64,000 nt of DNA, taken from assembly GCA_963730185.1 (NCBI GenBank), contig CAVSQW010000011.1:22184-86183 (forward strand). The letters run 5' to 3'. Positions 48,653-60,562 of the stretch are shown here, piece after piece (the first letter of the stretch is position 1; every line of letters begins with the position of its first letter). This DNA is from an uncultured Gemmatimonadales bacterium. Lineage in GTDB: Bacteria; Gemmatimonadota; Gemmatimonadetes; Gemmatimonadales; GWC2-71-9. The position numbers and the translations under genes were made by a program. The notes under the pieces are model-generated. The model was not told the origin of the DNA, searched no databases, and saw only the letters and a list, made by a program, of their open reading frames with translations.

Positions 48653-48736
48653 TCCTCCAGCAGGCCGAGCGGCGGCCTTGCCACTCGGAATTGGGCAAGG
48701 TGGCTCGGGTCGGCGCGGCCCTCGGCTCGGCCTGGC

Positions 48737-51205
48737 TCAGGAGGTCCGGAGCGCCTCCATCGGATCGACCCGGCTGGCCCGGCGGGCCGGGATCGCGCTC
48801 GCCACCAACGACACGGCCAGCACCACGACCGCCACCGCCCCGAACACCAGCGGGTCGGTCGGGCTGGTTCCATGGAGCAGGTCTCGGATCAGCCCGGTCG
48901 CGAACCGGGCCCCGACGATCCCGAGCCCGAGGCCGATCGCCGTGAGGCGGACCGCGTCGCGGAGCACCATCCGACGGATCTCGGCCTGGCTCGCCCCTAA
49001 CGCGCCGCGAATCCCGATCTCCCGGGTCCGCCGCCCGACGGCATACGCCAGCACGCCATGCACGCCAATCAGCGCCAGCAGGAACCCAACGACGGCGAAG
49101 CCCACGATCTGCAACGTGGTCACCCGGACCCCGCCCAGCTGCTCCGCCACCCGGTCGGCCACCAGGCTGGCGAATACCGGTCGGTCGGGCACCGACCGGA
49201 CCAGGAGGTCGCGCATCGGCTTGACCAATCCGCTCGGCGACCCCGCCGCGCGCACGAAGAAACTCGGAAAGGCCGACGGCGCCTGCTCGTAGGGCCGGTA
49301 CACCTCGGGGCCGTCGTCCGCCAGAAGGAGGCTCCCCTGCGCCCCCTTGTGATCGTGGACCACCCCCACGACGGCGATCTCGGCCGGCCGGCCGGGCGCG
49401 GTGTCCACCCGGAAGGTCTGGCCCACGGCGTCCTGACCCGGCCACCACCGCCGGGCCGCCCATTGGTTCACGATCGCGACCGGCGGGGTCCGCTCCAGGT
49501 CTCGGTCGGTGAACTCGCGGCCCTGGAGCACGGTGACGCCCAGGGTGGCGAAGAAACCCGGACTGACCGAAAACTCGACCGGCGGCACCAATGGGGGCGG
49601 CAACGGTCCCGCCCTCCCGGTCGGGGTAACTTCGGGCGATTTGCCTCGGGGGCCGAGCGGCACCGGCGCCTCGAGCGCCACGGACCGGGCGCCCGGCAAC
49701 TCGCCCAGGTCGGCCAGGATCTGGCGGGTGACCGGGACATAAGTCTCCCTGACCCGCCAGGGATGAGGATAGCTCGGCGTCCCTTCGAGCAGCGTTGCCG
49801 GGCGGAAGCCCAGGTCGAGCTCCGACAGCCGGAGTGCGGTCCGGGTCATGAGCCCGGCCCCCACCAGCAGCACCACCGCCGAGGCGATCTGGGCGACCAC
49901 GAAGGCCTGCTGCATCCGGTTCCCGAGTCGGCCACCACCCGACGAGGGCGCCCCCTCGCGCAGCACCAAGGCCACCTCGGCCCGGGCCGCCATCCGTCCC
50001 GGCAGCAGGCTCAACCCCACTCCGACGATCACCGCCAACACCGCCGTGAAGGCCACCACCGGCCCGTCGAGCCGGTATTCCATCCCGGCCGGCCGGATCG
50101 AGTCGAGCACGGTGAGCGACTGCAGCACGTTGAGGAACCATGACGCGAAGAGAAGACCGCCGACGAACGCCAAGGCCACCACGAAGGCGTACTGAACCAG
50201 CAGGTCGCCCGCCAAGCGGAGGGGCCGGGCGCCGAGCGCCGCGCGCACCCCGAACTCGCGTTGCTGATCGAGCGCCCGGACCAGAACCAGGTTGGCGAGA
50301 TTGGCGCAGGCGATCAGCAGAATGCAGGCGACGATCGCGGCCAGGATCAGGTCGTGGGCCCGGGTCGAGGTGGTGTACCGGTCGCGAAGCGGCGCGGCCT
50401 CGAGGCGGAACCGGGGCGCGTTCGGCCCCGCGCTGGCCGGCACCGGCACCTCGATCGTGGCGAGCTCGGCCCGGAGCTGCTCGACGGTCCGCCCCGGCGC
50501 CAAGCGGCCGATCGCGGTGATCGACCGGATCGACGGCCGGGTGCTGGGATCGAGGGTCGGGACCGCCGGAAGCCAGAAGCGGTTCCCCACCTCGTGATGG
50601 AACCCGGGCGGCATCACCCCCACCACGACGTAGTGGCTGTCGCTCAGCTTGATGGTCTGACCGATGATGGCCGGATCACCGCCGAGCTCGTCCTTCCAGA
50701 GGTCGTGACTGATCAGCACTACCAGCGGCACGTTGAGCCGATCGTCTTCCGCGGTGAAGAGCCGACCGAGCTCCGGTGTGACACCAAGCATCGAGAAGAG
50801 GCTCGGGGTGGCCACCCCGCCGAAGACGACGATCGGCTCGCCGCCCTTGTTCAGGGCTTTACCGCCCGAGGTATAGGCGGCCACCTGGTCCATGGTTTGG
50901 AAGTGATGGACCGCGATCAGATCGGCGTAGGCCTCGTAGGCGACGTCGCAGGCGGAGCGGCACCCGGAGGGCGGCACCGCACCCGCGCCGTCGTCGATCG
51001 GAACCTCGCTCAAGAGCACCAACCGGTCGCCGTCCTTGAACGGGAGGGCCCGGAAGCGGACCGCGTCGACCACCGCGAACGCCGCCGCCGCGGCGCCCAG
51101 GGCAAGGGCCAGCGAGAGGACGGCGGTGACCAGGAAGCCGGGACTCCGGACCAGCGTTCGGATCCCGATCCGGGCATCACGGATGAACGAGGAGAACGAT
51201 GCCAT
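48737..51205 (-). CDS. ADOP-family duplicated FtsX/MacB-type permease (second copy, no adjacent PadR or ATPase)
   Basis: MASFSSFIRDARIGIRTLVRSPGFLVTAVLSLALALGA..., with two FtsX modules. Paralogous to 31899..34580. Confidence 0.9.
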   Translation of the reverse strand: MASFSSFIRDARIGIRTLVRSPGFLVTAVLSLALALGAAAAAFAVVDAVRFRALPFKDGDRLVLLSEVPIDDGAGAVPPSGCRSACDVAYEAYADLIAVHHFQTMDQVAAYTSGGKALNKGGEPIVVFGGVATPSLFSMLGVTPELGRLFTAEDDRLNVPLVVLISHDLWKDELGGDPAIIGQTIKLSDSHYVVVGVMPPGFHHEVGNRFWLPAVPTLDPSTRPSIRSITAIGRLAPGRTVEQLRAELATIEVPVPASAGPNAPRFRLEAAPLRDRYTTSTRAHDLILAAIVACILLIACANLANLVLVRALDQQREFGVRAALGARPLRLAGDLLVQYAFVVALAFVGGLLFASWFLNVLQSLTVLDSIRPAGMEYRLDGPVVAFTAVLAVIVGVGLSLLPGRMAARAEVALVLREGAPSSGGGRLGNRMQQAFVVAQIASAVVLLVGAGLMTRTALRLSELDLGFRPATLLEGTPSYPHPWRVRETYVPVTRQILADLGELPGARSVALEAPVPLGPRGKSPEVTPTGRAGPLPPPLVPPVEFSVSPGFFATLGVTVLQGREFTDRDLERTPPVAIVNQWAARRWWPGQDAVGQTFRVDTAPGRPAEIAVVGVVHDHKGAQGSLLLADDGPEVYRPYEQAPSAFPSFFVRAAGSPSGLVKPMRDLLVRSVPDRPVFASLVADRVAEQLGGVRVTTLQIVGFAVVGFLLALIGVHGVLAYAVGRRTREIGIRGALGASQAEIRRMVLRDAVRLTAIGLGLGIVGARFATGLIRDLLHGTSPTDPLVFGAVAVVVLAVSLVASAIPARRASRVDPMEALRTS

Positions 51206-51233
51206 GCGCGGACCTTCGGAAGCGAGTGGGAGG

Positions 51234-52706
51234 CTACCGCACGAACACGAGACCTCCGGCCTGGGTACGGGCCATCACCACAGGCACGGCGCTCTGATCC
51301 AGGGCCAGGGCGGCGTCGACGATGTCGGTCCCACCGGAGAAGGTACCCGCCACCCACTGAGTCGGCGACACGTCGCACGATACCGTGCATGACAGATAGC
51401 GCACCGCCCCCCCGCCGGTGGCGTACACGCCGTGGATCCGGCCGTTGGCGTCGACCGCCACCGAGGGCCGGGCGTCGTTCGCGATGTCGCTCAGCAGGGG
51501 GCCGAGCAGCGACCAGCTCGCGTCGGTGTTGCAGTTGGTCGAGACGCAGATCCCGATCGCGAGGAAGCTCGGCAGCCCGAACATCACGACCGGCCGGTCG
51601 GTCGGGGTCACGGCCAGCGCCACCCGGTCTGCCGCGCCCGCCGTAGAGACGAGGGCGGTGACGGTCCAGGACGCGAAGGTGGCGCAGCTGGCCGGGCAGA
51701 AGCCGTACACCAGGAGCCCGTCCTGGTCGGAGACCCAGACGGCGTGGAGCCCCCCGGTCGACGTCACCCCCAGATCGCTGGCCCGCCCCCGTCCTACGCC
51801 GGCGTCGAGCGTGATCGCCGGGCTCCAGGACGCGGCGCTGCCACATCCCGTCGTGCAGGTGAGGTACCGGAGGTCCTCCACCCCGCGCTGCTGGTAGATC
51901 ACGTGGAGCGTGCCGTCCGTCGCCCGGGCGATCGACGGCGCGTAGCCGGCGTCGCCGACCGCGTCGTCGAGCACGGCCGTCTGCCAACTCGCCGGGGTGG
52001 CGCAGCCCTGGGCGCAGGTGCTGACGCCGAGGGCCCCGATCCCGCCGATGTAGTAGGCCAGGGCCGCGCCACCGTCTGGCGCGATCGCGAGGTCGAGCCG
52101 GCTGTCGGTCCCGGCGTCGGTGGCGACGGTGACGACCGTCCAACCCGCCGTCTGATCGCACCCCGACCCGCACTCGGCGTACTTGACGGCGCCCGCCAAG
52201 CTATCGAGGTAGGCGACATGGATCACGCCGCCCGCATCCACCGCCACGACCGCACCCGACCCCGAGGCGTTGGCTGGGTCGACCACCTGGCGGGCCGTGT
52301 TCTTGGCGTGGAAGTCCCAGGTATAGTTGGAATCGAGGCCCTCGCCGTCGACGCTGCGCACGCTGATGGTCGCGATCCCCTGGTAGTCGACCCCCGGCGC
52401 GAGGGCGAGGTCGAGCACCGCCGCATGCCGGCTGTCGTCGTAAATCACCCGCCCCGGAATCGCGACCGAACCGACCACGACCCCCAGCGTCTGCTCGGTG
52501 ACGGTGGTCGGATCGAGCGCCTTGTCGAAGTAGACGTACACCGGCCCGACGTAGGGCGCGTCGAGCGTGCCTGGGCTCGGAGTCACGGAATCCACCGCCA
52601 AGCCGCCGACGCCCGTCGGCGGCGGCGCCACCGGGTTCTGCTTGCAGCCTCCCGCCACCGCCGCCAGCGCCAAGGCGAGCGGTCCGACCCTCACGAGCGT
52701 GCCCAT
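51234..52706 (-). CDS. Lipoprotein with an N-terminal Ig-like domain and six-plus tandem Cys-pair repeats (propeller-like)
   Basis: Lipobox LAAVAGGC. The SbsA-Ig-like segment reads VTPSPGTLDAP...YFDKALDPTTV. Roughly 52-aa repeats each carry Y-x2-C-x3-C-x4-6-(S/A/G/Q)W. Confidence 0.75.
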   Translation of the reverse strand: MGTLVRVGPLALALAAVAGGCKQNPVAPPPTGVGGLAVDSVTPSPGTLDAPYVGPVYVYFDKALDPTTVTEQTLGVVVGSVAIPGRVIYDDSRHAAVLDLALAPGVDYQGIATISVRSVDGEGLDSNYTWDFHAKNTARQVVDPANASGSGAVVAVDAGGVIHVAYLDSLAGAVKYAECGSGCDQTAGWTVVTVATDAGTDSRLDLAIAPDGGAALAYYIGGIGALGVSTCAQGCATPASWQTAVLDDAVGDAGYAPSIARATDGTLHVIYQQRGVEDLRYLTCTTGCGSAASWSPAITLDAGVGRGRASDLGVTSTGGLHAVWVSDQDGLLVYGFCPASCATFASWTVTALVSTAGAADRVALAVTPTDRPVVMFGLPSFLAIGICVSTNCNTDASWSLLGPLLSDIANDARPSVAVDANGRIHGVYATGGGAVRYLSCTVSCDVSPTQWVAGTFSGGTDIVDAALALDQSAVPVVMARTQAGGLVFVR

Positions 52707-52717
52707 GGTATGCCCCC

Positions 52718-53329
52718 TTACCGCGACGACGCCGGGAGGTCCCGCCGCGCAAACTGGTATGGCCGCCCCGCCCGGGCGAGCAGATCGATCACGAGGCGGA
52801 CCGGCAACCCCATGACGCTGAAGAAATCGCCCTCGATCCGCTCCACCAACGCGGCACCGAAGCCCTGAATCCCGTACGCGCCGGCTTTGTCCATGGGTTC
52901 ACCCGTCGCCACGTAGGCCGCGAGCCAGGCGTCGTCCGCCGGCCGGAAGGACACCACGGTGGTATCGGCCGCCTCGTACTCGGCGCCGTGAGCGACGAGG
53001 CACACCGCCGTGATCACCTCGTGCCGGCGACCTTGGAGCCGCCGCAGCATGGCCACCGCCTCCGCGGCGTCGCCCGGCTTCTCGAGAATCTCGCCGTCGA
53101 CCACCACGATGGTGTCGGCCCCGAGCACCAGCTCGCCGGGCACCGCCCGCGCCTTGTCGCGAGCCAGTCGGCGAGCGTAGGCGAGCGGCGCCTCTCGCGG
53201 CAGGGGGATCTCCTGAACCGCACTAGGCTGGACCAGCACCGGGATCTCGAGCATCTCGAGCAGCTGGCGGCGCCGGGGCGAGCCCGAGGCGAGCACCAGC
53301 ACTGCGTCCTCCCGATCGGCCGCCGTCAC
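52718..53329 (-). CDS. maf: Maf-family nucleoside triphosphate pyrophosphatase
   Basis: [20 protein letters not shown]...[16 protein letters not shown]...KAGAYGIQG. Confidence 0.9.
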   Translation of the reverse strand: MTAADREDAVLVLASGSPRRRQLLEMLEIPVLVQPSAVQEIPLPREAPLAYARRLARDKARAVPGELVLGADTIVVVDGEILEKPGDAAEAVAMLRRLQGRRHEVITAVCLVAHGAEYEAADTTVVSFRPADDAWLAAYVATGEPMDKAGAYGIQGFGAALVERIEGDFFSVMGLPVRLVIDLLARAGRPYQFARRDLPASSR

Positions 53330-53790
53330 TCCTTGCCGCCTTCCGGACGCCGCTCCCGCTCGAGCATCAGGGTCACCGGTCCGTCGTTCAGGATCTCGAC
53401 CTCCATCATCGCGCCGAACTCGCCCGTGGCCACCGGCAAGCCGGTGCCCCGAAGCGCGGCGACGAACCGCTGGTAGAGCGGAATCGCGATCTCCGGGCGG
53501 GCTGCGTCGATGAACGACGGCCGCCGACCCTTCGCCGCGTCGCCGTAGAGCGTGAATTGCGACACCACCAGCAGGGACCCACCCACGTCGGCGAGCGCGA
53601 GGTTCATCTTGCCTTCCGGATCGGTGAAGAGGCGGAGCCCCGCCACCTTCTCCGCCATCCAGTCGACGTCAGCCGCGGTGTCGGCATGGGTGAACCCGAC
53701 CAGCAGGCAGAATCCGCGCTCGATCGCACCGGTGACCCGACCGTCGATCGTCACGGAGGCCCGGGAGACTCGCTGAAGCAATACGCGCAT
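53326..53790 (-). CDS. dtd: D-aminoacyl-tRNA deacylase
   Basis: [17 protein letters not shown]...GFCLLVGF...SQFTLYGD...GRRPSF...GEFGAMM. Confidence 0.95.
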   Translation of the reverse strand: MRVLLQRVSRASVTIDGRVTGAIERGFCLLVGFTHADTAADVDWMAEKVAGLRLFTDPEGKMNLALADVGGSLLVVSQFTLYGDAAKGRRPSFIDAARPEIAIPLYQRFVAALRGTGLPVATGEFGAMMEVEILNDGPVTLMLERERRPEGGKE

Positions 53791-53898
53791 TGTTGCCAGG
53801 GGGCACGGGGGATCCGTATTCTTCGTGTTCCGTCGGGGGAACCTAATTCCCTACCCGACCACCGACCACCGACCCGCCCCTCACCGGAACGACGTTCG

Positions 53899-54459
53899 TT
53901 GCGCCTCACCCTCGAAATCGACCGCTCGGCCAATCCGGCCTACGTCTTCGACGCCTCCTACCGGATTACCCACGTCAATCGGGGGTACGCCCGATTCGCA
54001 CGGGACAACGACGCCCCACCCGGATTTCTGGAGCGATGGGGGGCCGGCGCCAGCCTGTTCGACGCGGTGCCCGACTCGCTCGACAAGTTTTATCAGGCGC
54101 TCTTCGACCGGGCCTTGGGCGGACAGCCGGCCGAGCACGATTTCGAGTGCCACAGCCCGGCCCGCTACCGGCTGTTCCGGATGCAGCTCTTCCCGCTGGC
54201 GGACCTGGCCGGGGTGCTGGTCGAGAATTCGTTGGTGGTGGACCGAGCGCTGGATCCGGTCAGACACGCGGTCGACCAGAGCGCCCTGACAGCCTACCGC
54301 TCGTCGGCAGGGCTGATCCGCCAGTGCGCGCATTGCCGCCGAGCCGAGGATCCTGCCACCGGCGAGTGGCACTGGGTGGCCGAGCTCATCGCCCAGCCCG
54401 CCCGTGAGGTTTCCCACGGGCTCTGCGCGGTCTGCCTGGAGCGCTACTACCCGGAATAG
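53899..54459 (+). CDS. Hypothetical PAS-like protein with a C-terminal four-Cys motif
   Basis: A TTG at 53899 is the first plausible start after the divergent dtd. YVFDASYRITHVNRGYARFA...YRLFRMQLFPL is PAS-like. The C-terminus carries CAHC...CAVC. Start uncertain. Confidence 0.45.
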   Translation: MRLTLEIDRSANPAYVFDASYRITHVNRGYARFARDNDAPPGFLERWGAGASLFDAVPDSLDKFYQALFDRALGGQPAEHDFECHSPARYRLFRMQLFPLADLAGVLVENSLVVDRALDPVRHAVDQSALTAYRSSAGLIRQCAHCRRAEDPATGEWHWVAELIAQPAREVSHGLCAVCLERYYPE

Positions 54460-54636
54460 CGGCCCGGCCGTCGGCGGTGCAGGGCCAGCGGTGCGGGCCA
54501 CGTCGTCGGGCGGCGCCGCGGTCGTCGGAGCCGATCGACGCCGGCCCCGATCGGGCCGGGGACGGCCCAGGGCCTATTCCCAAGGGCAGACCCCGTCGAT
54601 ACCTTCCCGACCGTCCCTCAGGAACGATGACGCTCG

Positions 54637-55197
54637 ATGGTCTCGAAGAACCAACGCGGCACCCTGACACTCACCCTCCTGATCACCACCATCGGGGCCG
54701 TCTCGAGCAGCGCCCAGGCTCCCCATACCAAGGCCGACGTGGCCTTCATGCAAGGGATGATCGCTCATCACGCGCAAGCGATCTACATGAGCCAGATGGC
54801 CCGGGCCCACGGGGCCGGCCCCAAGCTGCTCACCTTCGCCCAGAAGATCGACCAGTCCCAGGCCGCCGAGATCCGCCTGATGCAGGGCTGGCTCCGCGCC
54901 AATGGGCAGTCGGCACCCGATACCTCGTCCTGGCGCACGATGATGATGCCCGGGATGCTCACGGCGGCCCAGCTCGACTCTCTCGACGCGGCGCGGGACG
55001 TCACCTTCGACCGCGAGTTCCTGACGATGATGATCCAGCACCACGAGGGCGCCCTCGCCATGGTGGACCACCTGTTCGCGTCACCGGGCGCCGGCCAGGA
55101 CGTCGACGTGAGCGTCTTCGCGAACGACGTCGTCACCGTCCAGACCGCCGAAATCGGCCTGATGCGCCGGATGCTGTCGCAGCTCCCCGGCAGCTGA
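54637..55197 (+). CDS. DUF305-family protein
   Basis: The motif is duplicated: DVAFMQGMIAHHAQAIYM and DREFLTMMIQHHEGALAM. Signal peptide present. Confidence 0.85.
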   Translation: MVSKNQRGTLTLTLLITTIGAVSSSAQAPHTKADVAFMQGMIAHHAQAIYMSQMARAHGAGPKLLTFAQKIDQSQAAEIRLMQGWLRANGQSAPDTSSWRTMMMPGMLTAAQLDSLDAARDVTFDREFLTMMIQHHEGALAMVDHLFASPGAGQDVDVSVFANDVVTVQTAEIGLMRRMLSQLPGS

Positions 55198-55226
55198 GCC
55201 ACACCTCTCACCGGAGTCTCCCACCG

Positions 55227-57038
55227 ATGCGTTTCGCCCGCACGCTGTTGATCCTGGTCGCGGCCGCGGCTCTCCCGTCGCTGGTAACGGCGCAGACATA
55301 TCCGGCCGGCAACGACCCCCGCGACGGCCTCAAGCCCGGCCGGTTCGATGCCGGCACCGCGGCCAGCCATATGCGCCTCGTGTCGTTCTCGCCCAAGCCC
55401 GCCGAGTTCGACAGTGCCCGCGGTCTCGTCTTCATCAACTCCGATCTGGCCTTCCGCGATCATTACGTGTACCAGGGCAACTTTGCCGGGTTCACGATCT
55501 GGGACGTCGCCGATCCAACCCATCCCACGGTCGTCTCGGCGGTCTCCTGCATCACCTCGCAGGGCGACCCGTCGATCGTCGGCAATCTGCTCTTCCTCTC
55601 GGCCGAGGGTGGCGGGAATCGGACCGACTGCGCCAAAGGCGGTGTCCAGGACCCCAAGGACCACATGGCCGGCGTCCGGATCTACGACGTCTCCAACCCG
55701 GCCAGCCCGCGGCTGGTGAAGAACGTGCAGACCTGCAAGGGCTCCCACACCCATACCGTGATCCCGGACCCCAAGGACAAGGGCACGATCTACATCTACG
55801 TGTCGGGGAATCAGTCGGCCCGGCCTGATTCGGAGCTGGCCGGCTGTCAGAACGGCACCGATCCCGCCGACCCGACGAACTCGCTCTACCGGCTCGACGT
55901 GATCAAGGTGCCGCTCGCCCATCCCGAGCAGGCCGCGGTGGTCACGGGCGCCCGCATCTTCACCGGCCTCGACGCCGCGCCCCACGCGGCCGGCCGACCG
56001 GCCCGCCGCCCGCGCGGCGCCGATCCCTCGGCTCCGCCCCCTCCACCGACCGGTCCACGCAACTGCCACGACGTCACGGCCTACCCGGCGATCAACCGGC
56101 TGGCCGGCGCCTGCGCCAGCTACGGCCTGCTGGTGGACATCTCGAATCCGGAGAAGCCGGTTCGGCTCGACGCGGTCGCCGACACCAACTTCTCGCTCTG
56201 GCACACGGCCGTGTTCAGCAACGACGGCAAGTCGGTCGTCTTCACCGACGAGTGGGGCGGCGGCACCGGGCCGATGTGCCAGGCCACCAGCATGATGGAG
56301 ATGGGCGGCGACGCGATCCTCACCATCGCCGACGGCAAGAAGTACACCCAGCACGCCTACTTCAAGATTCCCACCGCCCAGTCCGCGCAGGAGAACTGCG
56401 TGTCGCACAACGGCGGGCTCCTGCCGGTCCCCGGCCGGGACATCATGGTCCAGGGTTGGTACCAGGGCGGCGTGGACCTGATCGACTTCACCGATCCCGA
56501 CCATCCCAAGGAGCTGGCATTCTTCGATCGCGGGCCGATCGACCCGCCGACCAACGCCCAACCGGAGGCGCCGGCCGGTGAGGGACGGGGGCGGCGGCTC
56601 CGGGGCACCATCGGCGGGTCGTGGGGCGCCTACTGGTGGAACGGCTACATCTACTCCTCCGAGCTGGACCGGGGGTTCGACGTCTTCGAGCTCGAGCCGA
56701 GCGACCAGCTGTCAGCCAACGAGATCGAGGCCGCGAAGCTGGTCAGGCTGACGGAATACAACCCCCAGAGCCAGCCGCGGTACGAATGGCCGGCCGGGTT
56801 CCCGGTAATCCGCTCCTACCTCGACCAGCTGGTCCGGAACCAGGGTCTCGATGCCGCCCGCACCGCGGCGATCTCCAACGCCCTCGGTGCCGCGGAGCGG
56901 CAGTCCGGCGCGGCCCGCCGGACCGCCCTGACCGCGCTCGCGAAGCAGGTCGCCGCCGACGCGCGGGGCGCCCGCGACGGCACCCGGGTGAAAGCCATGG
57001 CGGAGGCGATCACCGCCCTGGCGAAGGCGACGAGCTAG
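55227..57038 (+). CDS. LVIVD-repeat beta-propeller protein
   Basis: The ATG at 55227 gives the signal peptide MRFARTLLILVAAAALPSLVTAQ. Recurrent h-h-h-D-h-(S/A)-(N/D)-P repeats: FTIWDVADP, VRIYDVSNP, GLLVDISNP and VDLIDFTDP. Confidence 0.75.
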   Translation: MRFARTLLILVAAAALPSLVTAQTYPAGNDPRDGLKPGRFDAGTAASHMRLVSFSPKPAEFDSARGLVFINSDLAFRDHYVYQGNFAGFTIWDVADPTHPTVVSAVSCITSQGDPSIVGNLLFLSAEGGGNRTDCAKGGVQDPKDHMAGVRIYDVSNPASPRLVKNVQTCKGSHTHTVIPDPKDKGTIYIYVSGNQSARPDSELAGCQNGTDPADPTNSLYRLDVIKVPLAHPEQAAVVTGARIFTGLDAAPHAAGRPARRPRGADPSAPPPPPTGPRNCHDVTAYPAINRLAGACASYGLLVDISNPEKPVRLDAVADTNFSLWHTAVFSNDGKSVVFTDEWGGGTGPMCQATSMMEMGGDAILTIADGKKYTQHAYFKIPTAQSAQENCVSHNGGLLPVPGRDIMVQGWYQGGVDLIDFTDPDHPKELAFFDRGPIDPPTNAQPEAPAGEGRGRRLRGTIGGSWGAYWWNGYIYSSELDRGFDVFELEPSDQLSANEIEAAKLVRLTEYNPQSQPRYEWPAGFPVIRSYLDQLVRNQGLDAARTAAISNALGAAERQSGAARRTALTALAKQVAADARGARDGTRVKAMAEAITALAKATS

Positions 57039-57052
57039 GGTTTCCGCTCCGG

Positions 57053-57079
57053 GGCCGAGCCTAACCGCGAGGCTCGGCC
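57053..57079. terminator. Hairpin between convergent genes (possible bidirectional terminator)
   Basis: GGCCGAGCC (57053-57061), a 9-nt loop, then GGCTCGGCC (57071-57079). This 9-bp perfect stem overlaps the last codons of the minus-strand gene. Confidence 0.35.
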
Positions 57080-58638
57080 AGGAGCCGGCGATGAATCGCT
57101 TCCAGCGCCGCGCGAGCGACCGCTGGAAGTGGTGGCGCCGTGTCGACCTCGATCCTGCATTTGCTCGGCACCTCGGCGGGCGGCTGGTATTCCGCCCGCT
57201 GAGCGTCGACCAGCTCCACCCGGCCGTCGCTCGGACCCCCGTGGCGCCCGGCCAGCCGTTCCCGCACCAGCACCTCGGGACACACCGTCTCGAGCAGCAG
57301 AAAGTCGGCCCCGGCGTCGCGGGCAACGGCGCGGGCCTCATGCCGCCAGGCGGCGTCCCGATAAGAAGCGTCGAGAATCACGCACCGCCCCTGGCGGAGC
57401 TCGTTCCCCGCGCGGCGGTGGAGCTCGTCGTAGGTGCGTCGAGTGGCCGCCTCCCCGTAGATCCCGGCCCCCCACTGCTCCGGGTGCGGGGTGTCGGGAT
57501 CGAGCCCCGCCACCTCCTTCCGGATCGGATCCGAATTGAAGGTCACGGCCGGGAGCCGCTCCGCCAGCGCCCGCGCGAGCGACGTCTTGCCGGTGCCCAT
57601 CAGCCCGGTGATCACCAGCAGCGCCGGCCGCTCCGGGTGGGCATACCGCCCCGCGAGTTCGAAGTACCGGGCCGCCTGATCGATCACCGCCCGCCGATCG
57701 GCGTCGGTCAGCCCGGCCTGGCGAAGCCGGAAGCTCCGGACCTTGCCCCGGGTGAAGGCCCGGTAGCACTGGTAGAACGGCATCACCCCGAGGGCCCCGG
57801 GATCGGCGGCGTCGCGGACGTAGGCCTCGATCAGCTCCCGCGCCAGGAGCGGCGCGCCGTGGTACTCCACGTCCATCGCGGTAAAGGCGATGTCCGCGGC
57901 CACGTCGCCAAAGCGGAAGCGCTCGTTGAACTCGATACAGTCGATGAAGGCGATCCCGTTGGTGATCGAGATCTGATCGGCGTGGAGGTCGCCGTGACAG
58001 TCGCGGATCCGGCCCTCGGCCTCCCGGCGCCGGAACACCGGCTCGCGCTCCGCCAGAAACGCCGCGGTCCAGGCGGCCACCCGGTCGTGGAGCGGCCGGG
58101 TCAGGGTCACCCCGATGTACGATTCCGCCTGGGCGAAGTTCTCGGCCGTGTTGCCCCGCACGGCGTCGAGGCCGCCGACCGCCGTGATCCGGTCGTCGGT
58201 GGCCGCGTCGCGATGAAACGCGGCCACCCGGGCGGCGATCCGGCGCATCAGTCCGGGGTCGGCCTCACCCCGGTCCAGAAGATCCGCGAGCCACCGGTCG
58301 GGCGGCAGGCGGCGCATCCGGACCGCGTACTCGACCGGCCGCCCCTCGCCCTCGACGCCGTACCGGCCGTCGCGCTCGCGGATCGTCACCACGCCGAGAT
58401 AGATGTCGGGGGAGAGTCGACGGTTCAAGCGGACTTCGTCGTCGCAGAAGCGGCGTCGAAGGGCCAGGGTGGTGAAGTCGAGGAAGCCGTAGTCGACCGG
58501 CTTCTTCACCTTGTAGACGAAGTCGCCCGCGAAGAACAGCCACGAGATGTGCGTCTCCGCCATCGTGACCGCGGTGGGCCGCTCGTCGGCCGGGTACGCG
58601 CCCGGGTCGAGCAGGGCGCCCACCAGATCGGTGGCCAT
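57061..58638 (-). CDS. Bifunctional aminoglycoside-phosphotransferase-like / P-loop (AAA_33) ATP-binding protein
   Basis: An N-terminal kinase-like fold (ETHISWLFFAGDFVYKVKKP...CHGDLHADQI) and a C-terminal P-loop (ITGLMGTGKTSLARALA). Confidence 0.8.
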   Translation of the reverse strand: MATDLVGALLDPGAYPADERPTAVTMAETHISWLFFAGDFVYKVKKPVDYGFLDFTTLALRRRFCDDEVRLNRRLSPDIYLGVVTIRERDGRYGVEGEGRPVEYAVRMRRLPPDRWLADLLDRGEADPGLMRRIAARVAAFHRDAATDDRITAVGGLDAVRGNTAENFAQAESYIGVTLTRPLHDRVAAWTAAFLAEREPVFRRREAEGRIRDCHGDLHADQISITNGIAFIDCIEFNERFRFGDVAADIAFTAMDVEYHGAPLLARELIEAYVRDAADPGALGVMPFYQCYRAFTRGKVRSFRLRQAGLTDADRRAVIDQAARYFELAGRYAHPERPALLVITGLMGTGKTSLARALAERLPAVTFNSDPIRKEVAGLDPDTPHPEQWGAGIYGEAATRRTYDELHRRAGNELRQGRCVILDASYRDAAWRHEARAVARDAGADFLLLETVCPEVLVRERLAGRHGGPSDGRVELVDAQRAEYQPPAEVPSKCRIEVDTAPPLPAVARAALEAIHRRLLAEPRG

Positions 58639-58731
58639 CGGTCCTCCTTCCCGGTGCGACGCATCGGAGGATACCCCAATCTATGTCTACCCGGGAAGGA
58701 TGAACCGGATGTGAGGCCGGCGTGAATCCCC

Positions 58732-60558
<1,827 letters not shown>

Positions 60559-60562
60559 ATGC

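Noticed and set aside
53825-54289. 154-aa ORF starting with GTG upstream of the PAS-like gene
   Set aside because: It is out of frame with the PAS-like sequence. The translation is Pro/Ser/Thr/Arg-rich and motif-free, so it is probably a shadow of the 53899..54459 frame.
60559-60562. glmS ribozyme upstream of glmS
   Set aside because: Only 4 nt separate glmM and glmS, which leaves no room for a ribozyme. The element is also not expected outside Gram-positive lineages.
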